Shown piece after piece: positions 1-10,456 of a stretch of 64,000 nucleotides of DNA. The notes beneath the pieces were generated by a model. The model did not search any database. It was not told the DNA's origin and worked only from the letters and a program-made list of their open reading frames with translations. Source of the stretch: Nitrososphaeria archaeon. GTDB taxonomy: Archaea; Thermoproteota; Nitrososphaeria; JACIWG01. The stretch covers positions 24,772 through 88,771 of the forward strand of contig JBEKIG010000009.1 in the NCBI GenBank assembly GCA_050011875.1. Reading direction: 5' to 3'. The position numbers and the translations under genes are program-made. Position 1 is the first letter of the stretch. Every line of letters starts with the position of its first letter.

Positions 1-1
1 G

Positions 2-307
2 GATGAGGAGATCAGGTTTCTTGAGAAGGATTTATTAAGTAATTTGGCTGGGAAATCACGCGAAAGGATGGATAAATCTATTGTTAGAGTAAATAACAGA
101 CAAGAACTTCTTAAAGCAAGTCAGGAAGGAAAGATTGTTTTAATGAACTTTTGTAAAAGATTAGAGTGCTCAGAAGAATTAAAAGCTGGTACAAGAGGAT
201 ATGAAATCAGAGGAAGGAGAGTTGATGTCGTCGAACAAGTCTGGGGAAAATGTGCTTGGTGCAGTGGAGACGCAATAGAAGTGGCTGTTGTAGCGAAAAC
301 CTTTTAG
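2..307 (+). CDS. proS: Prolyl-tRNA synthetase, C-terminal part (5' truncated by window)
   Basis: Frame is open from position 2. C-terminal Zn-binding domain FC..LEC...EIRG...GKCAWC...AVVAKTF is typical of archaeal/eukaryal ProRS. Confidence 0.85.
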   Translation, partial: DEEIRFLEKDLLSNLAGKSRERMDKSIVRVNNRQELLKASQEGKIVLMNFCKRLECSEELKAGTRGYEIRGRRVDVVEQVWGKCAWCSGDAIEVAVVAKTF

Positions 308-663
308 ATCGAGATCACCCAAATTTCAAGCCAAACAGATATTTATTGATAGAAAAGGATTTGATAATCGATAAACTAGAATATATGAAGAAAAAATCTG
401 ATGGCCGATTTACAGGTAAATGGGGGCATTGCATGCACTCTGGTTTTTATCGGATTAAAACACAGGATTTTGGTAAAGTGTGAATAATATAGGGTGCTAG
501 ATGAAATTACTAAAACATAGCAACTACATATTTCTAAGACAAAGCTGCTGGCAATATTTTTGGTATTATAGGTAACAGAGCTCATAAGACGCGTTCTCGT
601 TGGCCAGAGTTATTCAACCATTCGTCGAAGAGAATATATATTAAGCGCATATTCCCCAAAATA

Positions 664-1941
664 TTGAAAGAGAAGATGAAGAGGATGGTAGAATATAGGG
701 TGAGGAATATAAAACTTGCACAGGAGGGAAAAATGAAGATAGACTGGGCAGAAAAACACATGCCTGTTCTCATGAAGATAAGGGATGAGTTTAGGAGACT
801 TAAACCATTAAAAAATGTTACGATCGGCGCCTGTCTGCATGTTACAAAGGAGACCGCTGTTTTAGTTAAAACCCTTAAATCAGGGGGGGCGACTGTCGCT
901 CTTTGCGGCTCTAACCCTCTATCAACCCAAGATGATATTGCAGCCGCACTTGCTGAAGAGGGAGTAAGTGTTTTTGCGTTAAGAGGAGAAAGTAATGATG
1001 AATATTATTGGTGCTTGAATAAGGTTTTGGACTTTAAACCAAACATCACCCTCGATGATGGGGCAGACCTTATTTCTACAATACATCTGAAAAAAAGAGA
1101 ATTGATTCCATACGTTTACGGGGGACAGGAAGAGACGACAACTGGTGTGATAAGATTACGAGCTATGGAGAGAGATGGAGCACTAAGATACCCTGTACTC
1201 GCCGTGAATGACACGCCAACAAAGAACATGTTTGACAACATTTACGGAACCGGTCAGAGCACGATTGACGGTATATTGAGGTCAACAAATGTATTGCTCG
1301 CTGGAAAAAAGTTTGTTATCTGCGGATACGGCCATTGCGGAAAAGGTTTGGCGACAAGAGCAAGAGGCATGGGATCAAACGTGATCGTCGTTGAAATTGA
1401 CCCCCTTAGGGCTTTACAGGCTGTCATGGACGGCGTCAGTGTGATGACTATGAACGAAGCTGCGAAAGAAGGGGACATTTTTGTTACTGTGACAGGAAAC
1501 AAGAACGTAATCAGAAAAGAGCACATGGAGCTGATGAAGGATGGGGCGATAATAGCTAATTCCGGACACTTCAACGTTGAAGTCTCTGTTGGGGATTTAG
1601 TAGAGTTAACCAAAGGAAGAAGAACCATTAGACCAAATACTGAGGAATTTGAATTAAGGAGTGGAAGGAAGATTTACCTTCTAGCGGAAGGTCGCCTTGT
1701 GAATCTTGCTTCAGCAGAAGGTCACCCGTCGGAAGTTATGGACATGTCTTTTTCCGATCAGGCGTTAACCTGCAAATATATAGTAGAGAACCATAAGAAA
1801 TTGGAACCAAAAGTTTACGATGTGCCTTCCGAAATCGGGAACAGGATAGCTAAATTGAAATTGGAGTCTATGGAAATACAGATAGACGAATTGACTGAAG
1901 AACAGAAGAAGTATATGTTAAGCTGGGCAGAAGGAACCTAA
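664..1941 (+). CDS. ahcY: Adenosylhomocysteinase (start may be 676 or 685)
   Basis: GACLHVTKET, GSNPLSTQDD, DDGADL, EETTTGV, GYGHCGKG, NSGHFNVE and EGRLVNL..AEGHP motifs. Confidence 0.98.
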   Translation: MKEKMKRMVEYRVRNIKLAQEGKMKIDWAEKHMPVLMKIRDEFRRLKPLKNVTIGACLHVTKETAVLVKTLKSGGATVALCGSNPLSTQDDIAAALAEEGVSVFALRGESNDEYYWCLNKVLDFKPNITLDDGADLISTIHLKKRELIPYVYGGQEETTTGVIRLRAMERDGALRYPVLAVNDTPTKNMFDNIYGTGQSTIDGILRSTNVLLAGKKFVICGYGHCGKGLATRARGMGSNVIVVEIDPLRALQAVMDGVSVMTMNEAAKEGDIFVTVTGNKNVIRKEHMELMKDGAIIANSGHFNVEVSVGDLVELTKGRRTIRPNTEEFELRSGRKIYLLAEGRLVNLASAEGHPSEVMDMSFSDQALTCKYIVENHKKLEPKVYDVPSEIGNRIAKLKLESMEIQIDELTEEQKKYMLSWAEGT

Positions 1942-2005
1942 TACATGGTAGAACGTTTAAGAAATTCTTTTATATTTCCGATATGACAAGTGCCAACGAG
2001 CAAAG

Positions 2006-2281
2006 TTGACGAAGAAAAGAAAAAGTCGCGGTCGTGGTAAAAGTGGTAAAGGGAGATCAGAGCAGGTACAGTGCTCACATTGCGGTGCAATGGTTCCACG
2101 AGATAAGGCGAAGAAAGACACACGGAGACTCAACTTCATGGATGCCGCGCTCGCTAAGGAGCTTAGAGCAGGTGGAACATATATCCCAAATGAAAGAAGT
2201 ACAAGGTACTATTGCATATCGTGTGCAGTTCACTTTGGCGTTGCCAAGGTTAGAGCAAAAGATGAAAGAAAGCAGAGATAA
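2006..2281 (+). CDS. rps26e: 30S ribosomal protein S26e
   Basis: KKRKSRGR...VQCSHCGAMVPRDKAKK...YCISCAVH. Confidence 0.97.
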   Translation: MTKKRKSRGRGKSGKGRSEQVQCSHCGAMVPRDKAKKDTRRLNFMDAALAKELRAGGTYIPNERSTRYYCISCAVHFGVAKVRAKDERKQR

Positions 2282-2294
2282 CTGTTCCCTTCCA

Positions 2295-2882
2295 CTATTT
2301 TCTTAATTTCCGCATTATTATAGTAGAACGTTCTATGAATGTAAAAATTGCCAAAGCGGAAACGATTATTACGCCATAGAACGTGTACCCCGCAATACTG
2401 AAAAATGACAAAACGAGCATTCTTTCAGCCCTCTCACCTATCCCTGAGCCCTTAAGATCTAAACCCAACGAGTCACCCTTTGCTCTGACATAACTCACTA
2501 AAATGGAGAATGTTATCATCAGAAAAACGAAGTCTGGGGGGGCCCAGCCGCCGATAAGAAGCCCAAAGCTGACAAGAACTTCACCTAACCTATCCGCTGT
2601 TGAATCAATGAAACTTCCAAGCTTAGAAATCGTATTTGTAAATTTTGCGACAGCACCATCAACGATGTCCGTAAATCCAGATAGGAGAAAGAAAAATCCG
2701 CCCAACAGCGCACCGTATGGCTCCTGTTTTGCGTAGAAGGACATAGAAATCAAAGATAAAAGGAGGCCAAACAGGGTCCAAATCCAAGCGGGTGCACCTA
2801 AATATGAGAAATATCTACCAATATTCTCAAGGATTGGATTGATTGCGCCCCTAATCCTGTTTAGAACCATCCATATCCGCAT
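2295..2882 (-). CDS. CDP-alcohol phosphatidyltransferase (archaetidylinositol-phosphate synthase-like)
   Basis: D-x2-DG-x2-A-x8-G-x3-D-x3-DR signature; SYVRAKG; GIGERAER; hydrophobic segments. Confidence 0.92.
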   Translation of the reverse strand: MRIWMVLNRIRGAINPILENIGRYFSYLGAPAWIWTLFGLLLSLISMSFYAKQEPYGALLGGFFFLLSGFTDIVDGAVAKFTNTISKLGSFIDSTADRLGEVLVSFGLLIGGWAPPDFVFLMITFSILVSYVRAKGDSLGLDLKGSGIGERAERMLVLSFFSIAGYTFYGVIIVSALAIFTFIERSTIIMRKLRK

Positions 2883-2929
2883 AACTTATATTGCGAGATT
2901 TAATAACACTTTAGGACGAGTGATACATC

Positions 2930-3139
2930 TTGGGTAGAATAAATAAGGGCGTAAATTGTAGTATTCAAGGATGCAAGAACGCGGCAGAGAGATCTCTAAG
3001 TTTGGAACAGGTTTCCAAAAGCAGCCTGAAGGTAGATAATTCTACAAGAAGAGTATATTTGTGCCACGAACACTACAAAAAGTGGAAAAAGGAGACAAAA
3101 AAGGACCGTGACCTAGAACGCTCACTTATTTCAGGGTGA
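2930..3139 (+). CDS. Small basic putative Zn-binding protein
   Basis: C-x4-C ... C-x2-H pattern; TATA-like TTTAATAA near 2898; ends 9 nt before thrS. Confidence 0.7.
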   Translation: MGRINKGVNCSIQGCKNAAERSLSLEQVSKSSLKVDNSTRRVYLCHEHYKKWKKETKKDRDLERSLISG

Positions 3140-3148
3140 TTTAAGCGA

Positions 3149-5026
3149 TTGAGGATATTGCAGCTGCATTCAAACAACATTGAATACAAGCTTGTAAAGA
3201 AAGAAATCGACTCAGCAGAAGAAAGTGTGACGAGAGAGTGCAAACTTGATGAAATAGTTGTCTTGTTCACCTCCGTTGAAGAAGAAGATGACGACGACGC
3301 TGCAACGGCGGCCATAGACGAAGTGAAGGCAGCGTTGAATAACCTTAAGGTAAACAGGATCTTGATTTATCCGTTTGCACACCTCAGCTCGAGCCTTGCA
3401 AGCCCATATGATGCCCTTAGAGTTCTCAAAAAGATGGAATCATATGCCAGTGAAATAGGCATCGAAGTCTATAGAGCTCCCTTTGGATGGAACAAGCAGT
3501 TTGCGATTTCTATCAAAGGTCATCCGCTTGCAGAGCAGTTCAGAATTATCTCGAAAAAAAGGAAAGCCGACGAACCAGTTTCGAAGGCATTGAAGGCTGA
3601 AGAGAAGATAAAGTCTTATTGGAAAATTTTGATGCTCGGGGGAGAACTTGTTCCAGTCGAAAAATTTGATTTTTCCGGGCGCGAAAAATTGGAAAAATTA
3701 TCTCTTTATGAAATATCTAAAGTGAGAGCTGTCAAAGGTGTCCCACCACATGTAGCGTTAATGCAGAGGCTTGAAATCGCTGACTATGAGCCCGCAAGCG
3801 ACCAGGGAAACCTACGATGGTATCCTAAAGGAAGACTGATAAAATCCCTGTTAGAAGAACTTGTTACTCGGAGGGTTATAGAATACGGGGCGATGGAAGT
3901 TGAGACGCCTATAATGTACGATTTCCAGCACCCAAGCTTACACGATTACCTTAACAGGTTCCCGGCCCGTCAATATGTTATAAAGTCAGACGACAAGGAG
4001 TTCTTTTTAAGGTTCAGCGCGTGCTTTGGCCAGTTCCTAATGGCGCACGACGCGCAGATGTCCTATAAGCAGCTGCCGATAAGACTTTATGAATTAACAA
4101 GGTACAGCTTTAGAAGGGAAAAAAGTGGAGAGCTTGCTGGGTTAAGGAGACTCAGATCTTTTACGATGCCTGACTGTCATGCGATGTGCGCAGACCTCGA
4201 TCAAGCAAAGGAAGAATTTGTTAAAAGGTTCAAGCTTAGCATGAAAATACTTGAAAGCTTAGGTTTTAACAAAGATGACTACGAACTCGCTATAAGGTTT
4301 ACGAAAGAGTTCTATGAAAAGAACAAGGATTTCATAGTTGCGTTACTGAATCAATTTGGCAAACCCGCTCTGATTGAAATGTGGGACGAGAGATTTTTCT
4401 ACTTTGTACTAAAATGGGAGTTTAACTTTGTAGACAGCTCAGATAAGGCATCTGCACTGTCGACAGACCAGATCGATATAGAGAATGCGCACCGATACAA
4501 TATCACGTACGTGGACGAAAAAGGTGAGAAGCTTTATCCGATGATATTACACAATTCGCCGAGTGGAGCAATTGAAAGAGACGTTTACGCTATGCTTGAG
4601 AAGGCGTATATGCAACAAAGGGAAGGAAAGATTCCAACCCTACCATTATGGCTTTCTCCAACACAGGTAAGGATAATACCGGTGACTGAATCCTTCTTGG
4701 ACTATGCATTGAAGACGTTAGAAGAACTTGAAAGCCAAAAGATAAGAGTCGATATAGATGACAGAACTATGACTATGGGGAAGAAAGTTAGGGACGCCGA
4801 GAAGGAATGGGTACCATACATTCTAGTTATTGGGGAAAAGGAAAAGGAGACCGGTTTATTATCGGTTAGAGTAAGGAGCATAGGAGAAGTCGGGAAGGAC
4901 GAGAAATTGAAGCAGATGAAGTTATATGATCTCGTAAAAGAAATTAGAACCGAAACCTCAGATATGCCGTTCAAGCCTCTTTCTCTACCAAAAAGCCTTT
5001 CAAAAAGACCGAAATTCTTTGGCTGA
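3149..5026 (+). CDS. thrS: Threonyl-tRNA synthetase, archaeal type with N-terminal editing domain
   Basis: MRILQLH, IYPFAHLS and RAPFGWNK editing domain; LRFSACFG, SFRREKSGE, FTMPDCH, HNSPSGAIER. Confidence 0.98.
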   Translation: MRILQLHSNNIEYKLVKKEIDSAEESVTRECKLDEIVVLFTSVEEEDDDDAATAAIDEVKAALNNLKVNRILIYPFAHLSSSLASPYDALRVLKKMESYASEIGIEVYRAPFGWNKQFAISIKGHPLAEQFRIISKKRKADEPVSKALKAEEKIKSYWKILMLGGELVPVEKFDFSGREKLEKLSLYEISKVRAVKGVPPHVALMQRLEIADYEPASDQGNLRWYPKGRLIKSLLEELVTRRVIEYGAMEVETPIMYDFQHPSLHDYLNRFPARQYVIKSDDKEFFLRFSACFGQFLMAHDAQMSYKQLPIRLYELTRYSFRREKSGELAGLRRLRSFTMPDCHAMCADLDQAKEEFVKRFKLSMKILESLGFNKDDYELAIRFTKEFYEKNKDFIVALLNQFGKPALIEMWDERFFYFVLKWEFNFVDSSDKASALSTDQIDIENAHRYNITYVDEKGEKLYPMILHNSPSGAIERDVYAMLEKAYMQQREGKIPTLPLWLSPTQVRIIPVTESFLDYALKTLEELESQKIRVDIDDRTMTMGKKVRDAEKEWVPYILVIGEKEKETGLLSVRVRSIGEVGKDEKLKQMKLYDLVKEIRTETSDMPFKPLSLPKSLSKRPKFFG

Positions 5027-5056
5027 ATTCTGTTCCATAAATTAAAATGGAAGCTT

Positions 5057-5923
5057 CTATTTTAAGGAAAAGCAGTATGAAAAGAGTTCGAGCATAAGCT
5101 TTGCTGCGAGAACGCATGTGTTTCCGTTGTCATATGGAGGACACGATTCAACTATGTCGAATCCAATTATCTTTTTCCCACTAAGATTTTTTAGAAAATT
5201 GAAGAAATCTTTCGGTGAGATACCATCTGGCTCAGGATTAGCTACTCCAGGAGCATACGCTGGGTCGAAAACGTCCATGTCAACAGAGACATAGAACTTT
5301 TCGTACTCTTTGAATATCAGATTCCGATCTATTAGGTCAATTTTGTAGTTTCCCATTTCAATGATATTTAGATGTTCATCTTCTGCGTATCGCCATTCTT
5401 GTTCACATGCGGCTCTTGACCCTAAGTGAATAAACCTTTTTCTATCTAACTTATCAAGGAGTCTCCTATAAAATGTTGCGTGGGTAAAATCTGAGCCACC
5501 CAATTCGTCTCTAAGATCGAGGTGGGCATCGAAAATAATTATCCCGACATCGTTGGGAACTGCTGAGATCGAACCATAAGAAATAGAATGCTCCCCGCCG
5601 AGCATGCATATGGGGATTTCGTTTTCTAACAGCTCTTTCCAGAGCCTGGAGACCTGTGCTGAAGTTGATTTAGCATCATAAAGCGTTGAGAGGTCACCCA
5701 GATCTTCTATGTATTCCTTTTCCAAGTCAACATCAAAAAGCCTCGAGTAAATTTCAATATTGTTGAAGGCAGATCTTATCGCTTGAGGAGCCAATTTTGA
5801 TCCAGTCCTATAAGAGCTAGTTGCGTCAAAAGGAACACCAAACACTTTTCCTTTCGGTGTATCGCTGTCGACCAACTTCAGGATCTTTCCAACGTCTTGG
5901 AGATAAAGATCTCTGTAACTCAT
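5057..5923 (-). CDS. speB: Agmatinase (ureohydrolase family)
   Basis: GVPFD, GGEHSIS, DAHLDLR and SVDMDVFDPAYAPG motifs. Confidence 0.93.
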   Translation of the reverse strand: MSYRDLYLQDVGKILKLVDSDTPKGKVFGVPFDATSSYRTGSKLAPQAIRSAFNNIEIYSRLFDVDLEKEYIEDLGDLSTLYDAKSTSAQVSRLWKELLENEIPICMLGGEHSISYGSISAVPNDVGIIIFDAHLDLRDELGGSDFTHATFYRRLLDKLDRKRFIHLGSRAACEQEWRYAEDEHLNIIEMGNYKIDLIDRNLIFKEYEKFYVSVDMDVFDPAYAPGVANPEPDGISPKDFFNFLKNLSGKKIIGFDIVESCPPYDNGNTCVLAAKLMLELFSYCFSLK

Positions 5924-5984
5924 TTGCCCCCATTCACTATTACGCTATATGGAAGTTAAGTGTTTTGAAGACGTAGGAACACCG

Positions 5985-8522
5985 CTACGACCAGAAAAAG
6001 TCCTCTAACTTCGTTGAGGTGATAACCTCGTCAAAATCGTATCCAAGTGCGTCCAGCAATTGCTCAAAAGTACTCCTCATATACTCTATATACTTGTTCG
6101 CATCGATTTCCTCTGCCTTTGCAGTTGCAGTTGGTTTAACGCCATCCGGTGTAACCGTCTTTACAAACGATATGATGTCTCCACTTTTGATCTTTTTACC
6201 GCTTCGCTCCAGCTGCTTTGCGGCTTTAACATGTTGTGGGGTAGTATCTACGTATTCATTCAAATTTTTGCTTATCATCACGTTAAAGGAAAGATCTTCA
6301 AGAGGTATCTTCTTCTTTCTTAGATCGTCAACGATGCCCTTAAGATATTTCTTAACCTCTTCTCTCGCTGTTTCAAATTCTGATTGAGAGTTGACTTTAC
6401 TGAGTATTTCAACAACGTTGTAAAATGCGTCTTTTATCACTTTTGGAGTGTTACTCTTCTTCCCGGTAAAACCTTTAAGAATAAAGTTGCCGTTAGGCAG
6501 GACACCAAGATAGTTTTTCTTCCTCTTGCTGAAGGCAACATATTTGTAGACCTTATCTAGATCCAGTTCTACTCCAAGTTTGTCTTCAGCCCAATTAATC
6601 ACTTTTGCAACTTCTTCATTTGATACACCGGAAACGAAGAGAGAGTCGGTGTCACCGTATATGACTCTGATGTTTCTCTGCTTGCATTCGTCAATTGTCT
6701 TAGTGATCATGTATCTGCCTATTGCCGCAGTTGACTCAGCTACGGGGGGACAGTAAAGTGGAAAAGCTTCAGTGCCAAATACACCGTAGCTGGCATTCAA
6801 TATAACCTTCAAAACCTGTGAGATAGTGTTAAAGAGAGCTGCTTGATCCGAATTTGGGGGATACTTCTTTGAGAGAGGTTTATAGAGTTTAACTCGTAGA
6901 TCTCTTAGGGAACCAATCAATAAAGAAGTAATGCCATATCTCTTTGTGCAAACCCAATGGGGTGTATCTGGGATAATGTTGGACCTATCTTCAGGATGAT
7001 TACAGAGGATTGTCTCATATGAGAGATTATAGACCTTTATTATGCTCGGATAGAGGCTTGCAAAGTCTAAAACAGACACGCCGAAGTGAACTCCGGCTTC
7101 AGGTTCTAGAACGTAGGCGCCACGGTATTTTTTCCCCTTAGTTATGGCCGTCGAAGATATAGCGCCACGCTGAGACACTTCTTCGCTCATGGGTATTAAG
7201 GCATTAATTCGTCTATGTTCGAAGTACATTAAGCTACGTATCCAATTTGATACCCCTAACCTACCAAGGTCCTCGAATGGCATCTTTGCAACTCTCGCTA
7301 TAACAGTTAGGAGGCGTATAACCAAATCATTGCTATAGCTTGTCAACATGAAAGTTATTTTTGCGTCGTTGAAACAGTACCTGCCCAGCTCTAGTATAGG
7401 TAGGTCGCTGATTGAACCCTCAAATTCCATCTTTGATTCATTAATTATTGCCTCGCAAACTGAGTTTAGAGTGTTTTCAACATACTTAGAGTCAAACACG
7501 TAAACTTTCAAAGCATGATTTGAGAAGAACTTGTACAGGTCTACGTGCACACCATGCTTTATCCAAGCCTGATCCCTTCCCAAGTTTATTGGAATAGATT
7601 CATCTGGAAAGCCAAGGTTCTTGGCCCTATGATAGAGGTAGTTAAGATCAAAATCGTCGCCGTTGTACGTGATGATAAATGGGTAATCCAACATATTCAA
7701 AAAGACAGCTTCGAGAAGTAGACTCTCTTCTTTGTAGAAGAGGACATCTGCTTCCTCAATCTTCATGTCACCCTTGGGAACGTTGTCTCGTTCGAGAAGG
7801 AAAAGCTTCTTCTTGCCATCGCTGCCGAACATTGCGACGGCTATAACCGCGTGTTCGGCTTCAGTTGGAGATGGAATATGGTATTCGTCGGGCGATGCGA
7901 CTTCTATGTCTAGAGAAGACCTTTTGATATTGGGAAGAGGTTGGGTCAAGAGGCTAGACCAGATTTTTACGTAAGGGACAAACTCTGCCTTAGACGAACT
8001 TTCCAAACCTTCAAGATTCTTTAAAACATCTTGATCGACTTCAAGAATAATCGGAACAGGTTTATCTTTGTCTATCCTGAAAAATGTTCCAGGCGTATAT
8101 TGGAAATCGTATATATAGTTCTCATAATATTTTATGTCTGCTTCATAGCATGGTAGAAGATTTCTTATGCTCTGATCCCCTTTGCCTCCGCCAATTGATA
8201 AGGGGTTCGTAACGACGATCTTCTTAACACAGATCTGGTTCCCCGTAAACATGTCAAGCTTATAGACGTCTTTTACACTAATAACATCAGACCGTTTCTT
8301 GATCTGTTCCAGTATGCCGTCTTCAGCTTTGGTGTAACAGTAAGGTTTGTGGCCCGTGTTATCTTTCCATACAAAACTTCTTTCCAATTTTGGAGAATAG
8401 AACATCAGATAAGCCTTCTTTTCGTCACCGTCATATCCTGCCGAAACAAGTATACCATCATCCATTGAAGTTGTATGCATAGTAAGCGACGCTATCTTCT
8501 GTTTTAGTTTCTCGAATGACAA
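5985..8522 (-). CDS. polB1: Family B DNA polymerase, crenarchaeal PolB1 type
   Basis: Exonuclease LDIEV and YNGDDFD; polymerase DFASLYPS, KVILNASYG, YGDTDS, KKNY; N-terminal SAGYDG...DNTGHKPYC as in PolB1; no intein. Confidence 0.96.
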   Translation of the reverse strand: MSFEKLKQKIASLTMHTTSMDDGILVSAGYDGDEKKAYLMFYSPKLERSFVWKDNTGHKPYCYTKAEDGILEQIKKRSDVISVKDVYKLDMFTGNQICVKKIVVTNPLSIGGGKGDQSIRNLLPCYEADIKYYENYIYDFQYTPGTFFRIDKDKPVPIILEVDQDVLKNLEGLESSSKAEFVPYVKIWSSLLTQPLPNIKRSSLDIEVASPDEYHIPSPTEAEHAVIAVAMFGSDGKKKLFLLERDNVPKGDMKIEEADVLFYKEESLLLEAVFLNMLDYPFIITYNGDDFDLNYLYHRAKNLGFPDESIPINLGRDQAWIKHGVHVDLYKFFSNHALKVYVFDSKYVENTLNSVCEAIINESKMEFEGSISDLPILELGRYCFNDAKITFMLTSYSNDLVIRLLTVIARVAKMPFEDLGRLGVSNWIRSLMYFEHRRINALIPMSEEVSQRGAISSTAITKGKKYRGAYVLEPEAGVHFGVSVLDFASLYPSIIKVYNLSYETILCNHPEDRSNIIPDTPHWVCTKRYGITSLLIGSLRDLRVKLYKPLSKKYPPNSDQAALFNTISQVLKVILNASYGVFGTEAFPLYCPPVAESTAAIGRYMITKTIDECKQRNIRVIYGDTDSLFVSGVSNEEVAKVINWAEDKLGVELDLDKVYKYVAFSKRKKNYLGVLPNGNFILKGFTGKKSNTPKVIKDAFYNVVEILSKVNSQSEFETAREEVKKYLKGIVDDLRKKKIPLEDLSFNVMISKNLNEYVDTTPQHVKAAKQLERSGKKIKSGDIISFVKTVTPDGVKPTATAKAEEIDANKYIEYMRSTFEQLLDALGYDFDEVITSTKLEDFFWS

Positions 8523-8586
8523 CGCCTTCCACTATATGCTCAAGTAACATTTTGATAAATGTTTGCAAAAAGACTTAAATTAGATT

Positions 8587-8955
8587 GTGAAGGAATGCTT
8601 TAAGATGAGCGTTAAAAAAAATAATCTCTCGCCGCTTCTGATAACTCTCCTTATTTCGGGGATATTATTTGTAGCGTTACCTGTTCTGGGATTGTCCCCT
8701 ATTGAAATGATTTTCGTTGGCTTGATCAACATACTTACTTTTCTAGTGGTTTACTTTGAAAAGTTCAAGCTATTCTTCCCATTTATTAAGATGAGCGTCT
8801 CGATTTTTAACATAATAGTGTTTGGATACCAGATATATGGTGCACTCACCTTTTCAAATGTAGGCTATTCCTTAAACGTGGTCTTTACAATGCTTCTTAG
8901 CGTACTGTTCCTTATAGCGTATGTTATTTCGATTTTGTACTATTCAAACATTTAA
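8587..8955 (+). CDS. Hypothetical membrane protein (about 4 TM)
   Basis: Four hydrophobic stretches; occupies the gap divergent from polB1. Confidence 0.65.
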   Translation: MKECFKMSVKKNNLSPLLITLLISGILFVALPVLGLSPIEMIFVGLINILTFLVVYFEKFKLFFPFIKMSVSIFNIIVFGYQIYGALTFSNVGYSLNVVFTMLLSVLFLIAYVISILYYSNI

Positions 8956-8989
8956 AATTTTGCCCAAGTAAAATTTTTTATCGCAACTA

Positions 8990-9130
8990 GTGGACACTTT
9001 ATCTGTGCAAGACGAAAAGATAGATTTGGCTTTAGAAGCTATTGGTGTATTAATAGGCCTAGAATTAGGCGAATTGATTGAGACAGAAAGAGGAACAGGT
9101 TATGAGCTCCCCATGGCGGTGATTCCATGA
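8990..9130 (+). CDS. Putative 46-aa acidic protein (not in ORF track)
   Basis: GTG at 8990 reads MDTLSVQDEKIDLALEAIGVLIGLELGELIETERGTGYELPMAVIP; its stop overlaps the next start (ATGA 9127-9130). Confidence 0.45.
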   Translation: MDTLSVQDEKIDLALEAIGVLIGLELGELIETERGTGYELPMAVIP

Positions 9131-10224
9131 TTCCTATAAATAAACCGATAATTGAAAAAGAAGAAAAAGAGGCTGTGCAAAGGGTGCTAGATAGCCTTTA
9201 TCTAACGGACTCAAGTTTTGAGGGAGGAAAATTTGTCAGAGAATTTGAAGATCTATTTGCAAAATATGTCGGAGTAAAACATGCGATTGCAGTTAATTCT
9301 GGTACATCGGCGCTTCTGGCCGTAGTTTTAGCTCTTGAGCTAGGTGGAAAAGATGTAACTTTAACTTCAGGGTTTACATTTTCCTCTACTGCAACGACCA
9401 GCTTGTTTGCTGGAGCAAAAGTAGAGTTTGCGGACATCCAAACCAGAACGTATTGTATTCTATTAGACGACATTAGGAAGAAGATGTCTAAAAAGACTAA
9501 GATGATAATACCGGTGCATCTCTATGGGCACCCAGCGCAAATGGATGAAATCAATGAAATGGCAGAGGAGTATAGTTCCTACGTCGTTGAGGATGCAGCA
9601 CAGTCTCTGGGTTCACGGTATAAAGGAAAGATGACGGGCAGCATTGGAGCTGTCGGATGTTTCAGTCTCTACGCAACGAAGATAGTGACTTGCGGGGAGG
9701 GAGGAGTTGTTACAACAGACAACGATAACGTAGCCGAAAAAATCAGGATGATTAGATCTCATGGCCAAATAAAAGGCTACGATTCGAAGATCCTTGGGCT
9801 TAACTTACGTCTACCTCAGATACTGGCAGCTATGGGAACGGAACAGCTTAAAAAAATCGACAGGTTCATCAGCTCGAGAAGAAAAAATGCGGAGTTCTTA
9901 AACGAGCAGCTTTCAAATATTGAAGGCGTTAAAACACCGGTTGAAGAGGAATATGCTAAAACGAACTGGAGCATTTACACGGTTTCTGTTAATAAGAGAA
10001 GAGATGATTTAGTATCATACCTTAGGGCAAACGGTGTTGGGGCAACAGTCTATTATCCTATTCCCCTGAACAAACTGCCGGTATTTCATGATTCAAGCAA
10101 GCTGCCAAACTGTGAGGAGGCCGCACGCCACGTTCTATCGTTGCCCGTACATCCTTTGCTGACTGAAGAGGAGAAAAACAGAGTTGTGGACATATTTAAG
10201 CAGGCGATAAAGAAATTCTTATAA
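9127..10224 (+). CDS. DegT/DnrJ/EryC1/StrS family PLP aminotransferase
   Basis: VNSGTSAL, PVHLYG, EDAAQSLG, FSLYATK..TCGEGG, LSLPVHP. Confidence 0.95.
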   Translation: MIPINKPIIEKEEKEAVQRVLDSLYLTDSSFEGGKFVREFEDLFAKYVGVKHAIAVNSGTSALLAVVLALELGGKDVTLTSGFTFSSTATTSLFAGAKVEFADIQTRTYCILLDDIRKKMSKKTKMIIPVHLYGHPAQMDEINEMAEEYSSYVVEDAAQSLGSRYKGKMTGSIGAVGCFSLYATKIVTCGEGGVVTTDNDNVAEKIRMIRSHGQIKGYDSKILGLNLRLPQILAAMGTEQLKKIDRFISSRRKNAEFLNEQLSNIEGVKTPVEEEYAKTNWSIYTVSVNKRRDDLVSYLRANGVGATVYYPIPLNKLPVFHDSSKLPNCEEAARHVLSLPVHPLLTEEEKNRVVDIFKQAIKKFL

Positions 10225-10250
10225 ATAGATGTTTGGGGGTTAATGTTTAT

Positions 10251-10415
10251 ATGAGCGAGAAATCTTCTGGAGAAGTCTATTACGAATGTATTAGATGTGG
10301 TACAACAATTTCGTCTACTGAACTCACAAAACTTCTCGAAATCAAATGCATATGTGGTTATAGGATCTTAAAAAAGAAAAGACCTCAAGTCGTCAAAGTA
10401 GTGAAAGCGCTTTAA
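10251..10415 (+). CDS. rpoP: DNA-directed RNA polymerase subunit Rpo12 (P)
   Basis: YECIRCG...IKCICGYRILKKKRPQVVKVVKA. Confidence 0.93.
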   Translation: MSEKSSGEVYYECIRCGTTISSTELTKLLEIKCICGYRILKKKRPQVVKVVKAL

Positions 10416-10456
10416 AAATCCCGACAATTCTTATTAAAAAGAATTGAAAAGGTATT

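Noticed and set aside
250-773. Short ORFs 250-483, 376-585 and 582-773
   Set aside because: They overlap each other or real genes and show no motifs; no ncRNA recognised in the proS-ahcY gap
5985-8522. Intein in PolB
   Set aside because: Polymerase motifs are contiguous, the length is normal and there are no splice motifs
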